Below, piece by piece: positions 1 to 11,015 of a stretch of DNA of 64,000 nucleotides. Origin of the DNA: Aulosira sp. ZfuVER01. GTDB lineage: Bacteria > Cyanobacteriota > Cyanobacteriia > Cyanobacteriales > Nostocaceae. The translations under genes were made by a program, and so were the position numbers. Position 1 is the stretch's first letter; each line of letters opens with the position of its first letter. The DNA is taken from positions 96,001 through 160,000 of the forward strand of contig JAVRCV020000007.1 in NCBI GenBank assembly GCA_034530615.2, read 5' to 3'. The notes under the pieces are model-generated. The model did no database searches and was not told where the DNA came from. It saw only the letters and a program-made list of their open reading frames with translations.

Positions 1-1
1 A

Positions 2-346
2 CCTGTAATCGTCACAGATTATCCAGCGCAAATCAAAGCTTTTTATATGCGCTTAAGCGATGATGAAAAGACTGTGCGGGCGATGGATATTCTTGCACCT
101 AAAATTGGTGAGATCATTGGCGGTTCTCAACGGGAAGAACGTTTAGATGTCCTAGAACGCCGCGTATTAGCCCAAGGGATGAAGCCAGAAGATTTGTGGT
201 GGTATCTAGATTTGCGCCGCTTTGGTACTGTACCTCACGCTGGTTTTGGACTGGGTTTTGAACGACTTGTGCAATTTATGACAGGGATGGGAAATATTAG
301 GGATGTAATACCCTTCCCACGCACCCCGCAAAGTGCTGAGTTTTAA
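2..346 (+). CDS. asnS: Asparagine--tRNA ligase, C-terminal part (truncated by the window edge)
   Basis: Class II aaRS motif 3 region ([10 protein letters not shown]...[12 protein letters not shown]...IRDVIPFPR); the frame is open to the window start. Confidence 0.95.
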   Translation, partial: PVIVTDYPAQIKAFYMRLSDDEKTVRAMDILAPKIGEIIGGSQREERLDVLERRVLAQGMKPEDLWWYLDLRRFGTVPHAGFGLGFERLVQFMTGMGNIRDVIPFPRTPQSAEF

Positions 347-404
347 CCCAGTTAGTAGCAAATGATTGTGGGGGAAGGGCTAGCGTTGTGGGTGAGCTAA
401 ATCG

Positions 405-890
405 ATGTTAATGTTGCTGTTCTGTATCGAGAATGAACGTTACGCCTTAGCAAGTGAACAAATCGTAGAAGTAGTACCGCTTGTCAACCTTAAGACCCTT
501 CCCCATAAACCTGATTATTTTGCTGGTGTGTTTAATTATCGGGGGCAAATTGTACCTGTAATTGACTTGTGCCAGTTATTGCATGGTAAACGTAGCCGCG
601 ATTATTTGAGTACTAGGATCGTTCTCGTCAATTATCAAAAAAATCGCTCTGATTCTGGTTTGAAATCTGAAACTCCCTATATTCTGGGTTTGATGGCAGA
701 ACGGGTTGTAGAAACCCTGCACAAATCCGATTTGGATTTAGTTGATATCAACTTGCAAATAGGTACAGCGCCTTACTTGGGTAAGATGATCGTAGATGAC
801 CAAGGCATGATTCAATGTCTTCGGATTGAGGGCTTGTTGTCAGAGTCGGAACAAGTTTATCTACTACCAGAAAACGCTCTAAACAAATGA
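405..890 (+). CDS. cheW: CheW-like adaptor (WspB-type)
   Basis: GVFNYRGQIVPVIDL CheW motif; first gene of the chemosensory cluster. Confidence 0.9.
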   Translation: MLMLLFCIENERYALASEQIVEVVPLVNLKTLPHKPDYFAGVFNYRGQIVPVIDLCQLLHGKRSRDYLSTRIVLVNYQKNRSDSGLKSETPYILGLMAERVVETLHKSDLDLVDINLQIGTAPYLGKMIVDDQGMIQCLRIEGLLSESEQVYLLPENALNK

Positions 891-2098
891 CATATTCTGA
901 GGGCGAAGCCTTACTGAGACGGAAGATTGGGTTAGATGCAAACTCAATTGGTTCTGGTGCGATCGCCAATGTCATTACTCAACGCATGGCAGCTTGTAAA
1001 ATTACAGATATATCTGGCTATTGGGAGTATTTGCAAGCATCTCCTCAAGAATGGGAAGCATTGATTGACAGTGTAATTGTCCCAGAAACTTGGTTTTTTC
1101 GAGAGCCAGAATCTTTCGCATTATTGAAGCATTACATAGTATCGCAATGGCTACTAACTAAACCGCAGCGGGCATTGCGGGTGTTGAGTGTACCCTGTGC
1201 TACAGGCGAAGAACCATATTCTATTGCGATCGCTTTATTAGAAGCAGGATTGACGACAACCCAAGTTCACATTGATGCAGTTGATATTAGCAAACGATGC
1301 TTACTGAAGGCTCAACAGGCAATATACAATCAGTACTCGTTTCGCGGTAATAGCCTTTCTTTTCGAGGGCTATATTTTCAGCCCACTGAGTCAGGATATC
1401 GCCTAGCGGATCGGGTGAGAAGTATGGTTAATTTTATTAATGCTAATTTAGCCGATCCTGATTTTTTAATCGGTACACAGCCTTATGATGTAATTTTTTG
1501 CCGTAACTTGTTAATTTACTTCGATCCTGCAATTAAAGAACAAACTATTCAAGTCTTAGAAAGGTTACTCGCCATTGGCGGTTTGCTGTTTGTCGCCCAT
1601 GCTGAAGCTGGATTATTACTTAAAAGTAGATTTATTTCAGTGCGTCAATCTTCAGCATTTGCTTATCAAAAGGTGAGCAATCATCAAAGCTTTCCAAATA
1701 GAAATCCATCTGTTGTTAAAAGTCACTTACCTATAAAAAGTAGCTTAGAAGTTTCTCTCCAAAAACCGATAATTGTCAACGAACTAAAGCCTAACTTATT
1801 AGAAATAGTGAAAACTGCCGCAGATCGAGGACAGTTGGATGAGGCGGTACAACTATGTAAAAACTACCTCAATCAAAATCAAATGAGTGTTGAGGGTTAT
1901 GTACTTCTGGGTCAGGTACAGCAAGCAATGGAACAAAATGAGCAAGCAGTCCAATCTTTTCATAAAGCTATCTACCTGCAACCGACTCACAAAGAAGCAC
2001 TAACCCACCTAGCATTACTTAAAGAACATCAGGGAGATGTTGCTAGCGCCAGTCTCCTCTGGCAACGTATTCAACGATTAGACGAAAGAAGGGATTAG
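887..2098 (+). CDS. cheR: CheR methyltransferase with C-terminal TPR (WspC-type)
   Basis: VPETWFFRE, CATGEEPYS and IFCRNLLIYF motifs; TPR-like C-terminus (KAIYLQPTH). Confidence 0.92.
   Translation: MTYSEGEALLRRKIGLDANSIGSGAIANVITQRMAACKITDISGYWEYLQASPQEWEALIDSVIVPETWFFREPESFALLKHYIVSQWLLTKPQRALRVLSVPCATGEEPYSIAIALLEAGLTTTQVHIDAVDISKRCLLKAQQAIYNQYSFRGNSLSFRGLYFQPTESGYRLADRVRSMVNFINANLADPDFLIGTQPYDVIFCRNLLIYFDPAIKEQTIQVLERLLAIGGLLFVAHAEAGLLLKSRFISVRQSSAFAYQKVSNHQSFPNRNPSVVKSHLPIKSSLEVSLQKPIIVNELKPNLLEIVKTAADRGQLDEAVQLCKNYLNQNQMSVEGYVLLGQVQQAMEQNEQAVQSFHKAIYLQPTHKEALTHLALLKEHQGDVASASLLWQRIQRLDERRD
959..966. repeat. HIP1 octamer GCGATCGC (one example of many across the window)
   Basis: GCGATCGC recurs dozens of times, a known cyanobacterial genome signature. 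Confidence 0.95.
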
Positions 2099-2375
2099 GA
2101 ATCAAATTGCTAAAATAATTGCATCCATAGTAGGCGATCGCATCCCTTGGATGCTTTTGTCACTCTGAGAATAGCAACAAATATTATTACTATTTAGATA
2201 AAAATTTTTTAAAATCTTAATATATGTTCTTATTTATTGACATTGAAAATCGTTAATTTCTTGTATTTTTTGGGAATTTTATAAACTAAAGACGTTCTTG
2301 CTTTTTCTTGCAGTCAGCACAATAAATCTAAAGTTTAAGTAAAAACTGTTAGGAAAATTTTTGTAGGTTCAATGT

Positions 2376-2645
2376 CAATAGGCAAGAAGGCAATAGGGAA
2401 ATCCTCATAATTAAAGCTTCGACTACGCTCAGATTTAACAGTGAGCGAAGCTGAACTGTTAAAGTTAGGGGATTTTGATCGCACTACGTGTCTCTTAAAC
2501 GCAAAGCCGCTTCTCTTACTCCTACGGAGAACCCGAAGGTTAGAGTAAAAACATTTTTATTTCTGTTCAGAAATAAATTTAGGGTCTTCCGATCCAAGAT
2601 TTGGGCAGAATTTCATCACTGAGCGTAGTCGAAGTGTTGCCTATT
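2376..2645. repeat. Nested inverted-repeat (REP/MITE-like) element
   Basis: Perfect 16-bp IR CTTCGACTACGCTCAG (2417-2432) / CTGAGCGTAGTCGAAG (2619-2634); outer AATAGGCAA/TTGCCTATT pair; internal hairpins. Confidence 0.7.
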
Positions 2646-2738
2646 ATCTATTGTCTGCTCATTGGCGGAGCGTTCTCGTAGGGTAGAGCTTGGCAATTTA
2701 AATTCACATTTTTAGCAATAATTAAGAGTAAAAAACTA

Positions 2739-4412
2739 ATGTTTGAAAACTGGAAACTTAAAGATAGAACTTTACTTGGATTTTCTATTCCTACCGTTTT
2801 AATTTTTATTTTTAGTATCATCGTTTATATTGCTTCTAATCAGGCAGGAAGAACATATAGGCAAGTAGGAATATCAAATGATGCCATTATAGGTACGGAT
2901 GATATGGCATTAGGTATTGCGAATATGGATCGGTCAATTCGCAGATATGTAACTGATACACAACAAAATAAAGATGCTCTTGCAAGGTACGCTAAATCTC
3001 AGCAGGATTTTCAAGCTGGCTTCAAAGTGTCAAATGATGTTGTTGAGGATGCAGTACAAAAGAAAAGATTGCAAACTATGTTGAGTTTGATGGAAGAATT
3101 AGATGATTATGTCAAACAATTAATTAAAACTTCAAATTTAGATCAAAACAAGACAGCAATATCAGAATACATGGCATATTCTAGAAAAATCACTGATGAG
3201 TTTTATCAAATTAATGATGATTTTAATAATAGAGAAAAAGAAATCATGGGACAAAGTATTGTAGGTACGAAAGCAATGCTTAACTTAATGAGTTTTTTGG
3301 CTGTGTTGGTTTCAATATCAACTTTAGCGATCGCAGTTTTTGTCACTTTGTTAATTGCTAAATCTTTAGGGACTAGAGTCACCACAGCTGTAAAAGTGGC
3401 AGAACAAATTTCTCTTGGTGATTTGACCTCATCTATTGGAGAAAAGGAATCAACTATCAAAGACGAGATTGGACAAATACTAGAAGCATTTAAAAATATG
3501 ATGCAAAAATTGAGTAGTCTAATCCGTCAGGTACAAAATTCAGGGATTCAAGTAACAACTTCAGCCACTCAAATAGCTGCATCTGGGAAACAATTAGAAG
3601 CAACTCTAGCTGAACAAGTAGCCTCAACCAATCAAGTCACAGCAACAGCCAAAGAAATCGCCGCCACCTCTAAAGAACTGGTAAATACGATGGAACAAGT
3701 GGTAGCAATGTCGCAAATTACCACACAAGCTGCCAGTATCAGTCAAACAGATTTGGTGAGGATGGAAGGCAGTATGCGACAGTTAGCAGAAGCCACCAAT
3801 AGCATCGCCTCACGATTGGGAGTAATTAGCGAAAAAGCCAACAACATCAACAATATCGTTCTGACAATTACCAAGGTGGCAGATCAAACCAATCTCCTAT
3901 CACTGAATGCAGCTATCGAAGCCGAAAAAGCTGGAGAGTATGGCTTGGGATTTGCGGTAGTTGCTAGAGAAATCCGCCGATTAGCAGACCAAACCGCAGT
4001 AGCTACCCTCGATATTGAACAGATGGTTAAGCAAATGCAATCTTCGGTATCTACAGGAGTGATGGAAATGGACAAATTTGCGGCGGAAGTCGGGCGGAGT
4101 GTGGCCGATGTGGGGAATATCAGCACGCAGATTGGACAAATCATCACAAAAGTGCAAGATTTGAACCCTCGTTTTGAGTTGGTAAATAAAGGGATGGAAA
4201 CCCAATCAATAGGGGCGCAACAAATAAGTGATGCGATGCTGCAACTAAGTAGTACTTCCTTACAAACCGCAGATTCGTTAAGGGAAATTAACAGTGCGAT
4301 CGCCCAACTCAATCAAGTCTCACAGGGATTGCGTCAAGAAATTTCCCGCTTCAAAGTAAAAGTAGAAGATGACTCATCGATTTCTAATGCAGTTGCATCT
4401 TGGGCAACTTAA
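2739..4412 (+). CDS. Methyl-accepting chemotaxis protein (WspA-like), CHASE3-like periplasmic domain
   Basis: Two TM segments, HAMP and the signalling hairpin [16 protein letters not shown]. Confidence 0.92.
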   Translation: MFENWKLKDRTLLGFSIPTVLIFIFSIIVYIASNQAGRTYRQVGISNDAIIGTDDMALGIANMDRSIRRYVTDTQQNKDALARYAKSQQDFQAGFKVSNDVVEDAVQKKRLQTMLSLMEELDDYVKQLIKTSNLDQNKTAISEYMAYSRKITDEFYQINDDFNNREKEIMGQSIVGTKAMLNLMSFLAVLVSISTLAIAVFVTLLIAKSLGTRVTTAVKVAEQISLGDLTSSIGEKESTIKDEIGQILEAFKNMMQKLSSLIRQVQNSGIQVTTSATQIAASGKQLEATLAEQVASTNQVTATAKEIAATSKELVNTMEQVVAMSQITTQAASISQTDLVRMEGSMRQLAEATNSIASRLGVISEKANNINNIVLTITKVADQTNLLSLNAAIEAEKAGEYGLGFAVVAREIRRLADQTAVATLDIEQMVKQMQSSVSTGVMEMDKFAAEVGRSVADVGNISTQIGQIITKVQDLNPRFELVNKGMETQSIGAQQISDAMLQLSSTSLQTADSLREINSAIAQLNQVSQGLRQEISRFKVKVEDDSSISNAVASWAT

Positions 4413-4699
4413 TTGTGGATTGGAGTAAAGAGCCGTAAAAAATCGAAGTATTTAACGAGAGGAAAATTTAGCTAACTTGAAAATGGGCATAGGAAAGACA
4501 GATTTTCATACCAAGGTTTGTGCCAAAACTTGGTCTGAGTGGTTTTTTAAATTTTGAATTCTGTATTTTCTGTAGAAGTAGAGGTAATAGCTCAATTTTT
4601 TGACTCAGGACTCAGTAAATTTCCTTATTCTTTGGGAACTATAGGTGTAAAAGGTTATGGAAATTTTCTATCAAGCATTTTAGAGGGGCAATAAATTTA

Positions 4700-6478
4700 A
4701 TGTTCAAGAACGTGACTTTGAAAACGCGAATGCTCAGTTCATTTTTATTCATCGGGCTGATCGTACTGACTGTTGCCTTGCTGGGGTGGTTTACAACTAG
4801 TCAGTCAAATCGGTATATTGAGAACTTTAGTAAAAATCACATACCCACTGTGAACGGGATATGGAAAATTAACGAAGGGCAGACACAAATTCAATCGGCA
4901 GAACGCTTACTCTTCGATCCGGAGATCGCTATTACTGAAAGACAGAATGCATTAACTCAGATCCAACTTGCTTGGAAACAAATTCAAGAAGGTACTAAGG
5001 AGTACGAAGCAACACCATTTACCGAACAAGAGAAGAAAGAGTATGAAGCATTCCGGCAAAATCTGGCTCTCTGGAAGCAAGCCTATGAGAAATTTTTACA
5101 GCTTGAGCAACAGTACGATCAAATTGGTATTCGCAATCCCTGGAAAAAATCCTTGGAATTAATTCGTCAGAAGCAAGAAAATTCATCAGAGTTTACTACC
5201 ATTCAAGCTGCATTGAATTTACGCCAGCAGATGGATTCTCAGGGAGCGAACAACGAAGAACCCTTATTTCTAACAACCAATGAGCAAGCAAAAAATCTGT
5301 TGGAACTTACTCAAAGCTACATATTAAAGACACAAGAGGGAGCTGAGAAGAACGTGGCTCACAGTATCTTCTGGGTTTCTTTAGGGATCGTTATTGGCCC
5401 TATTACTGCGATCGTTTTGGGATTTGCGATCGCCCGACAAATTTCTGGTCAAATTATTGGTGTTGTTGGGGTTGCAGAACAGATTTCTCAAGGGAACTTG
5501 ACCAACCAAATCAGTGCTGATTCTAGCAGTAAGGATGAGATGGTTAAGCTATTAAGTGCTTTCTCAACAATGACCCAAAACCTGAATACCTTGATTAGTC
5601 GGGTACAAAAATCAGGAATACAGGTGACTACCTCTGCTACCCAAATTGCTGCTTCCGGTAAGCAATTAGAAGCAACAATAACGGAGCACATAGCCTCTAC
5701 CAATCAGGTAACTGTTGCTAGCAAAGAAATAGCTGCTACCTCCAAAGAGTTGGTAAACACAATGGAACAAATTGCCACCATGTCACAACTCACAACCACC
5801 GCCGCCACTGTTAGTCAAAAAGACTTACAGCGGATGGAAACCACTATGAAGCAGCTCGCAGAAGCTACTAATAGCATTGCCTCAAGATTGGGAGTCATTA
5901 GCGAAAAGGCTAATAATATCAATAATATTGTTGTGACAATTACCAAAGTGGCAGACCAAACAAATTTACTATCGTTAAATGCTGCCATTGAAGCAGAAAA
6001 AGCTGGAGAATCTGGTTTAGGCTTTGCCGTCGTTGCTCGTGAAATCCGCCGACTGGCAGACCAAACCGCAGTTGCTAGCCTCGACATCGAGCAAATGGTG
6101 AAGCAGATGCAATCATCAGTCTCTACAGGCGTGATGGAAATGGATAAGTTTGCCACAGAAGTAGGAAGAAGTATGGCAGATGTTGCCAGCATCAGTACAC
6201 AAATTGGGCAAATCATCCAGCAAGTACAAGACCTGAACCCGCGCTTTGAGTTGGTAAATCAAGGGATGGAAATTCAATCTGTGGGAGCGCAACAAATTAG
6301 TGAAACAATGATGCAGTTGAGTAGTACCTCAATGCAAACTGCCGATTCTTTGCGAGAGATTAATGGTGCGATCGCCCAACTCAATCAAATCTCACAGGGA
6401 TTGCGTCAAGAAATTTCCCGCTTTAAGGTCAAAACCGAAGATTTTTCATCCTTAACCCCAATAGATGTACCTACCTAA
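4700..6478 (+). CDS. Methyl-accepting chemotaxis protein (WspA-like), four-helix-bundle sensor
   Basis: Two TM segments, HAMP and the same MCP signalling motif. Confidence 0.92.
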   Translation: MFKNVTLKTRMLSSFLFIGLIVLTVALLGWFTTSQSNRYIENFSKNHIPTVNGIWKINEGQTQIQSAERLLFDPEIAITERQNALTQIQLAWKQIQEGTKEYEATPFTEQEKKEYEAFRQNLALWKQAYEKFLQLEQQYDQIGIRNPWKKSLELIRQKQENSSEFTTIQAALNLRQQMDSQGANNEEPLFLTTNEQAKNLLELTQSYILKTQEGAEKNVAHSIFWVSLGIVIGPITAIVLGFAIARQISGQIIGVVGVAEQISQGNLTNQISADSSSKDEMVKLLSAFSTMTQNLNTLISRVQKSGIQVTTSATQIAASGKQLEATITEHIASTNQVTVASKEIAATSKELVNTMEQIATMSQLTTTAATVSQKDLQRMETTMKQLAEATNSIASRLGVISEKANNINNIVVTITKVADQTNLLSLNAAIEAEKAGESGLGFAVVAREIRRLADQTAVASLDIEQMVKQMQSSVSTGVMEMDKFATEVGRSMADVASISTQIGQIIQQVQDLNPRFELVNQGMEIQSVGAQQISETMMQLSSTSMQTADSLREINGAIAQLNQISQGLRQEISRFKVKTEDFSSLTPIDVPT

Positions 6479-7179
6479 TGAACGCTGTTACTTTGTCATC
6501 CAATATAGAAAGTTGTTGGAATTTCATTGGCATTGAAGGCGATCGCTCTTGTCCTCAACTCTCTACCTACGCTCATTGTCGCAATTGCCCCGTGTACTCG
6601 GCTGCGGGACGACATCTGCTAGAACGTCCCACCTTAGAAAACTACCGCCAAGAGTGGACGCAATTACTAGCAGAATCAAGAGGTGTTAAAAATCCCCAAA
6701 TGCCATCCTCTGCTTTAGTCACCACTGACACTCTGACAGTGGTGATTTTTCGTTTGCAACAGGAATGGCTGGCACTTCCTGCCCAAGTCTTCAAAGAAAC
6801 AACCTCACCAAGCGCAATCCATACCCTACCGCATCGCAGTAACCAGTTTCTCCGGGGATTGATCAATATCCGTGGCGAGATGTTATTGTGTGTGACTTTG
6901 AATTATTTATTACATATTGAAACTGTTGATACACCACTGCCAGCCTTAAGTCCAATAGTGCATTCACGCATGGTAGTTGTGGAAAAAACAGGTAATGCTT
7001 GGGTGTTTGCTGTCGATGAACTCTATGGCATACATCGCTTACATCGACAAGAATTGCGAGATACACCGCAAAACCAAACTCAAACTTATACTCAAGGATT
7101 ATTCTCCTGGCAAGGGCACACCGTCAGCTACTTAGATGATGAATTGTTATTCACCACCTTGGCACGGAAGGTGCAGTAA
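6478..7179 (+). CDS. cheW: CheW-like adaptor (WspD-type)
   Basis: N-terminal CWNxIGxxGDRSCP...HCRNCPVY typical of WspD; GLINIRGE. Confidence 0.9.
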   Translation: MNAVTLSSNIESCWNFIGIEGDRSCPQLSTYAHCRNCPVYSAAGRHLLERPTLENYRQEWTQLLAESRGVKNPQMPSSALVTTDTLTVVIFRLQQEWLALPAQVFKETTSPSAIHTLPHRSNQFLRGLINIRGEMLLCVTLNYLLHIETVDTPLPALSPIVHSRMVVVEKTGNAWVFAVDELYGIHRLHRQELRDTPQNQTQTYTQGLFSWQGHTVSYLDDELLFTTLARKVQ

Positions 7180-7180
7180 G

Positions 7181-7405
7181 GGAAGCAAGGGGGATGAGGA
7201 AGTGTGGGGAGTGTGGGGAGTGTGGGGAGTGTGGGAAAGAGAACAAACTGTATTGTGAATTGATAGCCTTTTGAGGTTTTTAGCTCCGTTAATGAGGCTT
7301 TGAACTCCGTTAACGAGTCTTTTAGCTCCGTTAATGAGGCTTTTAGCTCCGTCAACGAGTCTTAATGCCCAATGCCCAATGCCCAATGCCCCATGCCCAA
7401 TGCCC
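7181..7405. repeat. Composite tandem repeats: 9-bp GGGAGTGTG run, 4 x 21-bp (7279-7362), 6 x 7-bp AATGCCC (7364-7405)
   Basis: Directly visible tandem units; STRR-like. Confidence 0.9.
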
Positions 7406-7435
7406 TTTTTATGCAATTTATATTTGGAAAGTTAA

Positions 7436-9742
7436 ATGTTAGAAGGATCTGATATTAGCCAGCTTTCTTTGCTGGATTTATTCAATATGGAAGTGAAAGC
7501 TCAGGTTGTGGTGCTAAATGACAATCTGCTGGCTTTAGAAAAGAACATTAATCCTAAACAAGAATTAGCAGCTTTGATGCGGGCTGCCCACTGTATTAAG
7601 GGAGCAGCAAGGATTGTGCAAATCGCACCCGCAGTTACCCTTTCTCATGTAATGGAAGACTGTTTTGCTGCTGCTCAGGCGGGAACAGTTACATTAACTG
7701 CTGATGCTGTTGATGTATTACTGCAAGGGGTAGATATGCTTTTATATCTCGCTGAAACTGCTGTGGCTAACCCCAACTCGCAGTTAGTGGAAGATGCAAG
7801 CATCCAATCTCTAGTGACAGCGATCGCAAATATTTCTGTAGCCACCACACCAGTTATTGTCACGACAGCGAATTTGGTAGAGAAAACACCACCACTGTTG
7901 AAAAATCAGGCGCAGACCAATATTCAAACAGAAATTGCTCTAGCTTCCCCGTCTCCCCCTGTTTACGTCCCTACACTTACAGAAGAAACCAGTATTACTA
8001 ACAACCGGGCAGTACGGGTAAGTACAGATAATCTCAACCGATTGATGGGTTTAGCGGGAGAGTCGATAGTGGCGACCAAGTGGTTGGAACCATTTGCCAA
8101 CTCTTTACTCAAAGTCAGAACCAATCAGGTTGAGTTGTCAAACTTATTGGAGAAGTTACAAGAACTATTGAGCGATCGCTCTTTGAGTCGGCAAATCAAA
8201 GAACATTTGAGTGCAGCCTATCAAAAAGCCAGTGAATGTAGCAAACTAATTAGCGATCGCCAAAACGAAATCGAACTATTTTCTCAACGTTCTGGAAATC
8301 TCGCCCATCGCCTGTATCAAGAAGTGATTGCTACGCGGATGTGTTCTTTTGCTGAGGGTGGACAAGGATTTCCGCGCATGGTAAGGGACTTGGCAAGGCA
8401 GTTAGGTAAACAGGTACAGTTAGAAATTACGGGCAAATATACGCTGGTAGACCGAGATATTCTCGAACGTTTGGAAGCTCCTCTCACCCAAATTCTGCGA
8501 AATGCCATAGATCATGGGATTGAATCTCCCCAAGAGCGTCTAGGGTTGGGTAAGCCAGAAGTAGGAACAATTCGGATAGAAGTTGTTCACCGGGCTGGAA
8601 TGCTATTTATTACCGTTTCCGATGATGGGAGGGGCATATATCCAGAGTTTTTGCGCCAAGAGGTTGTCAAGAAGCAACTGACAAATGCAGAAATGGCGGC
8701 CCAGCTGAGTGAAGCTGAGTTAATGGAATTTTTGTTTTTACCAGGATTTTCCACGTCCCAGATGGTGACAGAAATTTCTGGACGGGGTGTGGGATTGGAT
8801 ATCGCCTACAGTACTGTACGAGAAGTTGGCGGTACGCTGCGGGCAGTTTCTACACCAACAAAAGGCATGACCTTTTACTTGCAATTACCGCTGACTTTAT
8901 CTGTAGTTCGGACTCTGGTGGTAGAAATTGCTGGTGAACCTTATGCTTTTGGACTAACACGCATTGAGCAGGTAGTGATGTTATCTCGTTCGGAAATTGC
9001 CACATCAGAAAATCGACCATTTTTCCTGATGAATAATCAACCTGTGGAATTGATTTCTGCACGGCAAGTGTTAGATTTACCGCCAGCTTTAGTCAATCCT
9101 GAAATATTGCCAGTGATTGTAATTAGCGATCGCCTCAATCATTATGGATTAGTTGTAGACCGATTTATTGGCGAACACAGTTTAGTTGTCCGACCTTTAG
9201 ATTCTCGCCTCGGCAAAGTTCCTAATATTAGCGCCGCCGCTATGATGGATGATGGCTCTCCAGTGTTAATTGTCGATGTCGAAGATTTAGTCCGTTCCAT
9301 TGCCAAAGTATTCTCCAGTGGACAAGCCAGCCAAGTAAATCAATCTGCGCGTAAAGCACTCAGCAAAACCTACAAGCGGGTGTTGGTTGTCGATGATTCG
9401 ATTACCGTCCGGGAAATGGAACGCAAACTTTTAGAAAACAATGGTTACAAAGTTGAGGTTGCAGTCAATGGTATGGATGGCTGGAACGCAGTCCGCAGTG
9501 GTGATTACGATTTGGTGATTACAGATATTGATATGCCACGCATGAATGGTTTTGAACTCACCAACGAAATCAAAACTCATGCCAAGTTGAAACAATTACC
9601 TGTAATTATCGTTTCTTACAAAGACCGAGAAGAAGATAGAATTCAAGGCTTAGAAGCAGGTGCAGACTATTACCTGACTAAAAGCAGTTTTCACGATGAC
9701 ACACTGTTACGAGCAGTAATTGATTTAATTGGAGAAAGTTAA
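7436..9742 (+). CDS. cheA: Hybrid CheA kinase with C-terminal receiver (WspE-type)
   Basis: Hpt AHCIKG, NAIDHGIE, SGRGVGLD, CheW domain and REC (VITDIDMP). Confidence 0.95.
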   Translation: MLEGSDISQLSLLDLFNMEVKAQVVVLNDNLLALEKNINPKQELAALMRAAHCIKGAARIVQIAPAVTLSHVMEDCFAAAQAGTVTLTADAVDVLLQGVDMLLYLAETAVANPNSQLVEDASIQSLVTAIANISVATTPVIVTTANLVEKTPPLLKNQAQTNIQTEIALASPSPPVYVPTLTEETSITNNRAVRVSTDNLNRLMGLAGESIVATKWLEPFANSLLKVRTNQVELSNLLEKLQELLSDRSLSRQIKEHLSAAYQKASECSKLISDRQNEIELFSQRSGNLAHRLYQEVIATRMCSFAEGGQGFPRMVRDLARQLGKQVQLEITGKYTLVDRDILERLEAPLTQILRNAIDHGIESPQERLGLGKPEVGTIRIEVVHRAGMLFITVSDDGRGIYPEFLRQEVVKKQLTNAEMAAQLSEAELMEFLFLPGFSTSQMVTEISGRGVGLDIAYSTVREVGGTLRAVSTPTKGMTFYLQLPLTLSVVRTLVVEIAGEPYAFGLTRIEQVVMLSRSEIATSENRPFFLMNNQPVELISARQVLDLPPALVNPEILPVIVISDRLNHYGLVVDRFIGEHSLVVRPLDSRLGKVPNISAAAMMDDGSPVLIVDVEDLVRSIAKVFSSGQASQVNQSARKALSKTYKRVLVVDDSITVREMERKLLENNGYKVEVAVNGMDGWNAVRSGDYDLVITDIDMPRMNGFELTNEIKTHAKLKQLPVIIVSYKDREEDRIQGLEAGADYYLTKSSFHDDTLLRAVIDLIGES

Positions 9743-9745
9743 GCC

Positions 9746-10753
9746 ATGAGAATTGCCATTGTTAACGATATGCTCATGGCAGTAGAAGTACTGCGACGAA
9801 TTCTGAGCAACATCCCAGAGTATGACTTGGCCTGGGTTGCCTACGATGGTATGGAAGCGGTGCGTAAATGTGCAGTCGATACTCCCGATTTAATTTTGAT
9901 GGATGTACTGATGCCAACAATGGATGGTGTAGAAGCCACAAAGCACATCATGAACCAATCGCCTTGTGCAATTATGATGGTCACAGCCAGCGTGAATCGC
10001 TACGCTGGTAAGGTTTTGGAAGCAATGGGCTATGGTGCTTTGGATGCGATCAATACGCCTACTGAAGGTAGCTTAGGTTTACTGAAGAAAATTGGCACGA
10101 TCGCTAGTTTAATCGGTAAATCTTCTCGGCAGCGAGTATCAGGTGTAGTAGCCAAATCGCCGTCTTGGCAAAAATCACTACCACCACTAATTGTCATCGG
10201 CGCTTCCACTGGTGGCCCCAAAGCTTTGGCAAAGATTTTCTCCCAATTTCCCCAGGATTTTGCAGCTGCGGTGATTGTCGTTCAGCATTTGGATGCTCAA
10301 TTTGCTCCTAGTTTTGCTAGTTGGTTGGACGAACAAACTCCCATGTCTGTGGAAATTGCGATCGCTGATTCTGCACCACAGCCAGGAAAGATTTTGCTTG
10401 CTGGTACAAATCAGCATTTAATTATGCGTCCCGACCTCACCCTTGGCTATAATCCAGAACCTGCTGATTGTTTCTACCGCCCATCGGTCGATGTCTTATT
10501 TAGAAGTGTGGTGAATCATTGGCCAGCAAAAGGAATTGGAGTACTACTCACAGGTATGGGTCGAGATGGTGCTCAAGGCTTAAAACTCATGCGGGAAGAA
10601 GGTTGGCACACTATTGCTCAAGACAGGAACACTTGCGTTGTTTATGGTATGCCCAAAGCAGCGGTGGAATTAAATGCAGCAGTGCAGGTTTTACCTGTGG
10701 AAGCGATCGCATCAGCTTCAAATTCTTACTTATTTCATAAAAACACAATTTAA
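9746..10753 (+). CDS. cheB: CheB methylesterase/response regulator (WspF-type)
   Basis: REC domain plus catalytic GASTGG, QH and TGMGRDG motifs. Confidence 0.95.
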   Translation: MRIAIVNDMLMAVEVLRRILSNIPEYDLAWVAYDGMEAVRKCAVDTPDLILMDVLMPTMDGVEATKHIMNQSPCAIMMVTASVNRYAGKVLEAMGYGALDAINTPTEGSLGLLKKIGTIASLIGKSSRQRVSGVVAKSPSWQKSLPPLIVIGASTGGPKALAKIFSQFPQDFAAAVIVVQHLDAQFAPSFASWLDEQTPMSVEIAIADSAPQPGKILLAGTNQHLIMRPDLTLGYNPEPADCFYRPSVDVLFRSVVNHWPAKGIGVLLTGMGRDGAQGLKLMREEGWHTIAQDRNTCVVYGMPKAAVELNAAVQVLPVEAIASASNSYLFHKNTI

Positions 10754-11015
10754 AATCAATTTTTCTCAAGTAAATCCACTTAAATATTTTAATAAACGGT
10801 AATTACTTAAGTTTTTTCATGAGAGTATCTGCATATTTTAATGTTTATTATTGTGTATACTTTCTAAGTTAATCACGATTACTGAAACAACTGAGTTATA
10901 ATCAACCTAAATTAATTGGCTAGTTTATTATTTAGTCTGCAAATTAATTAAAAAAATTCAGTATAAATATATAATAACGCCAAAAAAACAATTTTTAACA
11001 TATCCTAAAAACGTT

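Noticed and set aside
3206..6216. Antisense ORFs within the MCP genes, and similar ones within groEL, ureC and other genes
   Set aside because: Shadow frames of well-supported genes on the opposite strand.
7279..7362. Possible CRISPR array
   Set aside because: The units are contiguous with no unique spacers, and no cas genes are present in the window.
7128..7416. Minus-strand ORFs of 75 and 89 aa
   Set aside because: They are translations of tandem repeats (PTLPTL, GHWAL) and are most likely not genes.
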